From: an uncultured bacterium
GTDB taxonomy: Bacteria > Krumholzibacteriota > Krumholzibacteriia > JACNKJ01
Assembly: GCA_963695095.1 (NCBI GenBank)
Contig: CAVOFT010000002.1
Span: forward strand, 1 to 28,947
Length of the DNA: 28,947 bases
Reading direction: 5' to 3'
Position 1 is the stretch's first letter. Every line of letters begins with the position of its first letter. This document shows positions 25,178 to 28,947 of the stretch, in pieces. Under the pieces are notes generated by a model. The model saw nothing but the letters and a program-made list of their open reading frames with translations. It searched no databases and was not told the DNA's origin. The position numbers and the translations under genes were made by a program.

Positions 25178-28100
25178 ATGTTTCAGAGGCCGCGCCGGCT
25201 CAGTCTACTGATCGCCCTCGCCTCGCTGCTCGCCGGGGCGGGCGGCGTCATCGCAGCGCCCTGCTACGTCGCCAGCGGCAACTACGTCGGCGACGGCGGC
25301 AATGCGCGCGCGGTCGCGGGCCTGGGCTTCCAGCCTGTCGTCGTCATCGTCAAGGGCAACCGCAACGATGGCGCCGTCTGCCGCAGTACCGACATGCCCG
25401 TGGGCTACTGCAAGCATCTCTCCGGCGCCTGGGACCTGCAGGCGAATCGCCTGCTCAGCCTGGATCCGGATGGCTTCAGCATCGGTTCCGATGCCGATGT
25501 GAACGCCTCCGGCAGCAACTATTACTGGGTGGCCTTCAGCGCCGGCGACGAGATCCGCGTGGGGAGCTACACCGGCTGGACCATCGCCAACCAGACCGTC
25601 ACCGGCCTGGGCATCGATCCGGACCTCGTGCTCGTGATGGGCGAGGGCGCCACCCGCGCCTGGCACCGCAACCGGGAGATGACGGCGGGCTACAGCCTGC
25701 CCTTCAGCACCGAGACGGCGACCACGAATCGCATCATCGATCTCGTCGCCGACGGCTTCCAGGTCGGCACCTCATCGGACGTGAATGCCGCCTTCACGCG
25801 CTACCACTACATCGCCTGGAGCCAGTCGCCGGGTCACCTGGCCGCAGGGCGCTACTGGGGCAATGGCCTGGACAACAGCGCCGTGGAGCTGGGCGGCTTC
25901 CAGCCCGACTACGTCCTGGTGAAGTCCGGCGGCTCCACCAGCGGCGCCCAGCGCCCCTCCGCCCTGGCCGGCGACGCCACGCAGAGCTTCGATGCGCTGG
26001 CCAACTACGCCAACGCCATCCAGGCCCTCACGGCCACGGGCATCGAGCGGGGCTCCAGCGCCGCGGTCAACCAGAACGGCCAGGCCTTCTTCTGGCTGGC
26101 TGCGCGGGGGGCGGACCACGCCGAACTGAGCCTCGCGCTCGAAGCCGATGATCTCACGCCCCAGCCGGGGCAGACGGTCCTCCTCACCCTGAGGCTCGCC
26201 AACGCTGGTCCGCGCACGGCCCAGGGTGTCGAGCTTGCCGTGCCGGAGCCGGAGGGCCTCGTCTTCGAGTCCGTCATGGTGGAAGGCGTAGCCGGGGACG
26301 CCGGCGCCGGCGCCTGGGCCATCGCTCCGCTGCCGGCGGGCATGGCAACGAGCGTGGAGATCAGCGCGCGGGTGCTGGAGTCGGTGGTCGGCACGATCGC
26401 CGTCACGGGAAGCATTGCGGCGGCGGCCCTGCCGGATCTCCACCCCGCGGATGACAGCGCCACGCTCCTGCTGCAGTTGCCCGGCGCGGACCTGAGCCTG
26501 GCCCTCAGCGCCCTGCCCTCCGTGGTGGAAGAGGGCGATTCCCTGTGGCTGGCCATCGATCTGCACAATGGCGGTCCGGACGCCGCCACCAACGTCCAGG
26601 TGCTGTTCGCGCTGCCGGCCGGGCTGGGCTACCTGGCCCATCAGGCGAGCGCCGGCAGCTACAATCCCGCCTCGAGCAAGTGGCAGCTCGCCACCTTCGC
26701 GGCCGGCGCCACCGCGACGCTGCGCATCCAGGTCTGGGCCCTGCCCGGCAGCGAGGGCGGGCTCTACACCGCGACGGCCGCGGTCACGGAAGCGCTGCCC
26801 CCCGATCCCACGCCGGCCGACGCGGCCGCTGCCGTCGACATCGCCGTCACCGCCTTCGAGCTGTTCACGCTCTCCGCGCTGGGCGACACCTGGATCGAGG
26901 AAGACCATCCCTACGACGAACACGGCGATGAGATTGAAATGAAGGTCCGGCGCCGGTCGGGCGCCGACCGCTGGACGCTCCTCGGCTTCGATCTGACGAG
27001 CGTTCCGCCGGCGAGCCGCGTGCAGTCCGCACTGCTGCAGGTGACCGTGCAGTCGAAGGACGACAGCGGCTTGCCCGTGAACATCCATCGGGCGACAAGG
27101 GCCTGGAACGAAACCACCATCAACTGGAACGGCTTCGGGGAGGCCGTCGATCCCGAGCCGGCCGCCAGCTTCCTGCCGCTCATCCAGCAGATGTACAGCA
27201 TCGAGATCGGCGGGCTGGCCGCCGACTGGGTGGCGGGCACCTCGCCCAATCAGGGCCTCGCCTTCCTCGCCAGCTCGTGGGACAGGGAGTCCAAGTACTA
27301 CACGAAGGAGGAGGCCAACTCGAGTCGCCGTCCCCGCCTGCTCGTGTACACCTCGGGGCTCGCCGACCTAGCCGTCGCCCTGGGCGTCGATGACGCCGAG
27401 CCCGACGTGGGCCAGCGCCTGCGCTTCACGGCCACGGTGCAGAACACGGGCCCTCGCGCCGCGGACGGCCTCGCGCTGCGCGCGGCCCTGCCCGTGGGTC
27501 TGGAGTTCGCCGCCGCCGCCCCCAGCGCCGGCGCCTACGACGCCGCCCGCGGGCTCTGGATCCTGGGCCGGCTGGCCCAGGGCGCCAGCGCCACCCTGCT
27601 CCTGGATGCCGACGTCCCTCCAGGCAGCGCCGGCCTCACCCTGGTCGACAGCCTCAGCGTGGCGAACTGCGCCCAGGCCGACCCCGATCCCGGGGACAAC
27701 GCCGCGGCGATCAGCCTGCGCGTACGGGCCGCCGATCTCGCCCTCTCCCTCGCGGTCGATGAGCCCAATCCGCTGCCGGGTGCGCTGATCAACTACGAGC
27801 TGCGCGTGGACAACCTGGGCCCGGATGCGGCCACGGCCGTCGTCCTGCGCGACTCCCTGGCCGCCGGCCTCGCCTTGCAGAGCGCGACGCCGAGTCAGGG
27901 CAGCTTCGATGACCTCGGCGGGCTCTGGCAGGTCGGCTCCCTCGCGGCCGGCGCCTGGGCCACCCTCGAGCTGGCCGTGCAGCTGCAGGCCGAGGGCGAG
28001 CTGGAGCACCTGGCCTGGCGGGTCGGCGCCGATCAGGGCGACCCGGTGGCGGCCAACGACACGACGCGCCTGACGGTGACCCCGGCCGCGGCCGACCTCG

Positions 28101-28947
28101 CCCTGGCCATGAGCGTGGACGACGATACGGCGGGCGAAGGCGAGCCCCTCAGCTTCACGCTGATCGTGACCAACCTGGGTCCCCAGGCGGCCACCGGCGT
28201 GCAGATCGGCGACCTGCTGCCGGCCGGCCTGCTCTACCTGGGCGACACGCCGAGCCAGGGCATCTACCTGCCGGCCAGCGGCCTGTGGGCCCTGGGCGAC
28301 CTGAGCGCGGGAGCGAGCGCGACCCTGGTTCTCGACGCCACGCCGGCCCCCGGCACGGCGGGCAGCGAGATCGAGAACAGCGCCGAGCGCATCGCCTCGA
28401 CGCCGGCCGATCCCGAGCCCGCCAACGACAGGGCCGGCGTCCGCATCGCGGTGGGCGGCACCGACCTCGCGCTGGAGCTCAGCCTGGATGCCGAGGCGGC
28501 CGACCCTGGCGACCTGCGCCTGCTGACCCTCGTCCTGCGAAATCTGGGCTCTCAGCCGGCGAGCGGAATCAGCGTCCGTGACAGCCTGCCGGCGGGCCTG
28601 CTCTTCGAGTCCGCCAGCCCCGAGCTGGGTGGCTACGATGCCGGCGCCGGCCTCTGGAGCCCGGACACGCTCGCCGCGGGGGACAGCCTGCAGCTCCGGC
28701 TGGAGGCGCGGGTGGCCGGCGGCTGGGCGGGCCAGCAGCTCCTCACGCGGGCCTGGATCGCGGCCGCCGACCAGGCCGACCCCACGGCCGCGAACGACTC
28801 GACGAGCGCGGCCCTCCTCGTCCGGGCCGCTGACTTGACCCTCGGCCTGGAGATCGACGACGACTCGCTCGAGGTGGGCGAGGCCTGTGAACTTCTCGCC
28901 ACGCTGGCGAACGCCGGCCCCCAGCCCGCGGTGGGGGCCGGCGTCCT
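25178..28947 (+). CDS. Large secreted/surface protein with DUF11 repeats and a DNRLRE-like domain (3'-partial, more than 1250 aa)
   Basis: GGGGAG RBS and ATG 25178; signal peptide MFQRPRRLSLLIALASLLAGAGGVIA. The same frame holds at every point checked to the window end, so the track lacks it (no stop). A(D/E)Lx(L/V) repeats and DTWIEEDHP...LLGFDLTSVP. Confidence 0.88.
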   Translation, partial: MFQRPRRLSLLIALASLLAGAGGVIAAPCYVASGNYVGDGGNARAVAGLGFQPVVVIVKGNRNDGAVCRSTDMPVGYCKHLSGAWDLQANRLLSLDPDGFSIGSDADVNASGSNYYWVAFSAGDEIRVGSYTGWTIANQTVTGLGIDPDLVLVMGEGATRAWHRNREMTAGYSLPFSTETATTNRIIDLVADGFQVGTSSDVNAAFTRYHYIAWSQSPGHLAAGRYWGNGLDNSAVELGGFQPDYVLVKSGGSTSGAQRPSALAGDATQSFDALANYANAIQALTATGIERGSSAAVNQNGQAFFWLAARGADHAELSLALEADDLTPQPGQTVLLTLRLANAGPRTAQGVELAVPEPEGLVFESVMVEGVAGDAGAGAWAIAPLPAGMATSVEISARVLESVVGTIAVTGSIAAAALPDLHPADDSATLLLQLPGADLSLALSALPSVVEEGDSLWLAIDLHNGGPDAATNVQVLFALPAGLGYLAHQASAGSYNPASSKWQLATFAAGATATLRIQVWALPGSEGGLYTATAAVTEALPPDPTPADAAAAVDIAVTAFELFTLSALGDTWIEEDHPYDEHGDEIEMKVRRRSGADRWTLLGFDLTSVPPASRVQSALLQVTVQSKDDSGLPVNIHRATRAWNETTINWNGFGEAVDPEPAASFLPLIQQMYSIEIGGLAADWVAGTSPNQGLAFLASSWDRESKYYTKEEANSSRRPRLLVYTSGLADLAVALGVDDAEPDVGQRLRFTATVQNTGPRAADGLALRAALPVGLEFAAAAPSAGAYDAARGLWILGRLAQGASATLLLDADVPPGSAGLTLVDSLSVANCAQADPDPGDNAAAISLRVRAADLALSLAVDEPNPLPGALINYELRVDNLGPDAATAVVLRDSLAAGLALQSATPSQGSFDDLGGLWQVGSLAAGAWATLELAVQLQAEGELEHLAWRVGADQGDPVAANDTTRLTVTPAAADLALAMSVDDDTAGEGEPLSFTLIVTNLGPQAATGVQIGDLLPAGLLYLGDTPSQGIYLPASGLWALGDLSAGASATLVLDATPAPGTAGSEIENSAERIASTPADPEPANDRAGVRIAVGGTDLALELSLDAEAADPGDLRLLTLVLRNLGSQPASGISVRDSLPAGLLFESASPELGGYDAGAGLWSPDTLAAGDSLQLRLEARVAGGWAGQQLLTRAWIAAADQADPTAANDSTSAALLVRAADLTLGLEIDDDSLEVGEACELLATLANAGPQPAVGAGV
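26120..28947 (+). repeat. DUF11-type Ig-like repeats, six complete plus one partial, ~120-123 aa each
   Basis: Units start at 26120, 26486, 27362, 27731, 28091, 28460 and 28829; pattern (A/T)(D/E)Lx(L/V)...NxGPxxAxGVxxxDxLPxGL...GxW...DPxPxND. Confidence 0.85.

Noticed and set aside
26120..28947. Regular ~365-bp periodicity as a CRISPR array or DNA repeat element
   Set aside because: Repeats are degenerate, in frame and at protein level (DUF11); there are no identical short repeats with spacers.

Overview
GC-rich bacterial window. Two secreted proteins end in a 'QNHPNPFNP' FlgD-Ig/T9SS-type C-terminal domain, which suggests an FCB-group lineage such as Krumholzibacteriota or Latescibacterota (inference). 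From left to right: (1) a TetR-controlled MacAB-TolC-type efflux operon on the minus strand, broken by about 11 mostly single-base-insertion frameshifts that look like read errors; (2) a divergent cluster of DUF134, NifB/NifX-like, TrmO and a PAS sigma54 activator, then a sigma54-promoter operon with NifX-like x2, DUF5320, a tandem-fused MinD/ferredoxin ATPase, a PaaI thioesterase and a radical SAM enzyme; (3) DoxX, a response regulator, a PAS histidine kinase and an MFS transporter; (4) two convergent secreted proteins, a repeat protein and an S8 protease with PKD domains; (5) a sigma54-promoter-preceded multiheme cytochrome that aligns motif-for-motif with the Geobacter nanowire cytochrome OmcS but has a seventh heme motif (top finding); (6) tpx; (7) a large DUF11-repeat surface protein running off the right edge and absent from the ORF track. 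No rRNA, tRNA, CRISPR array or mobile element was recognised.
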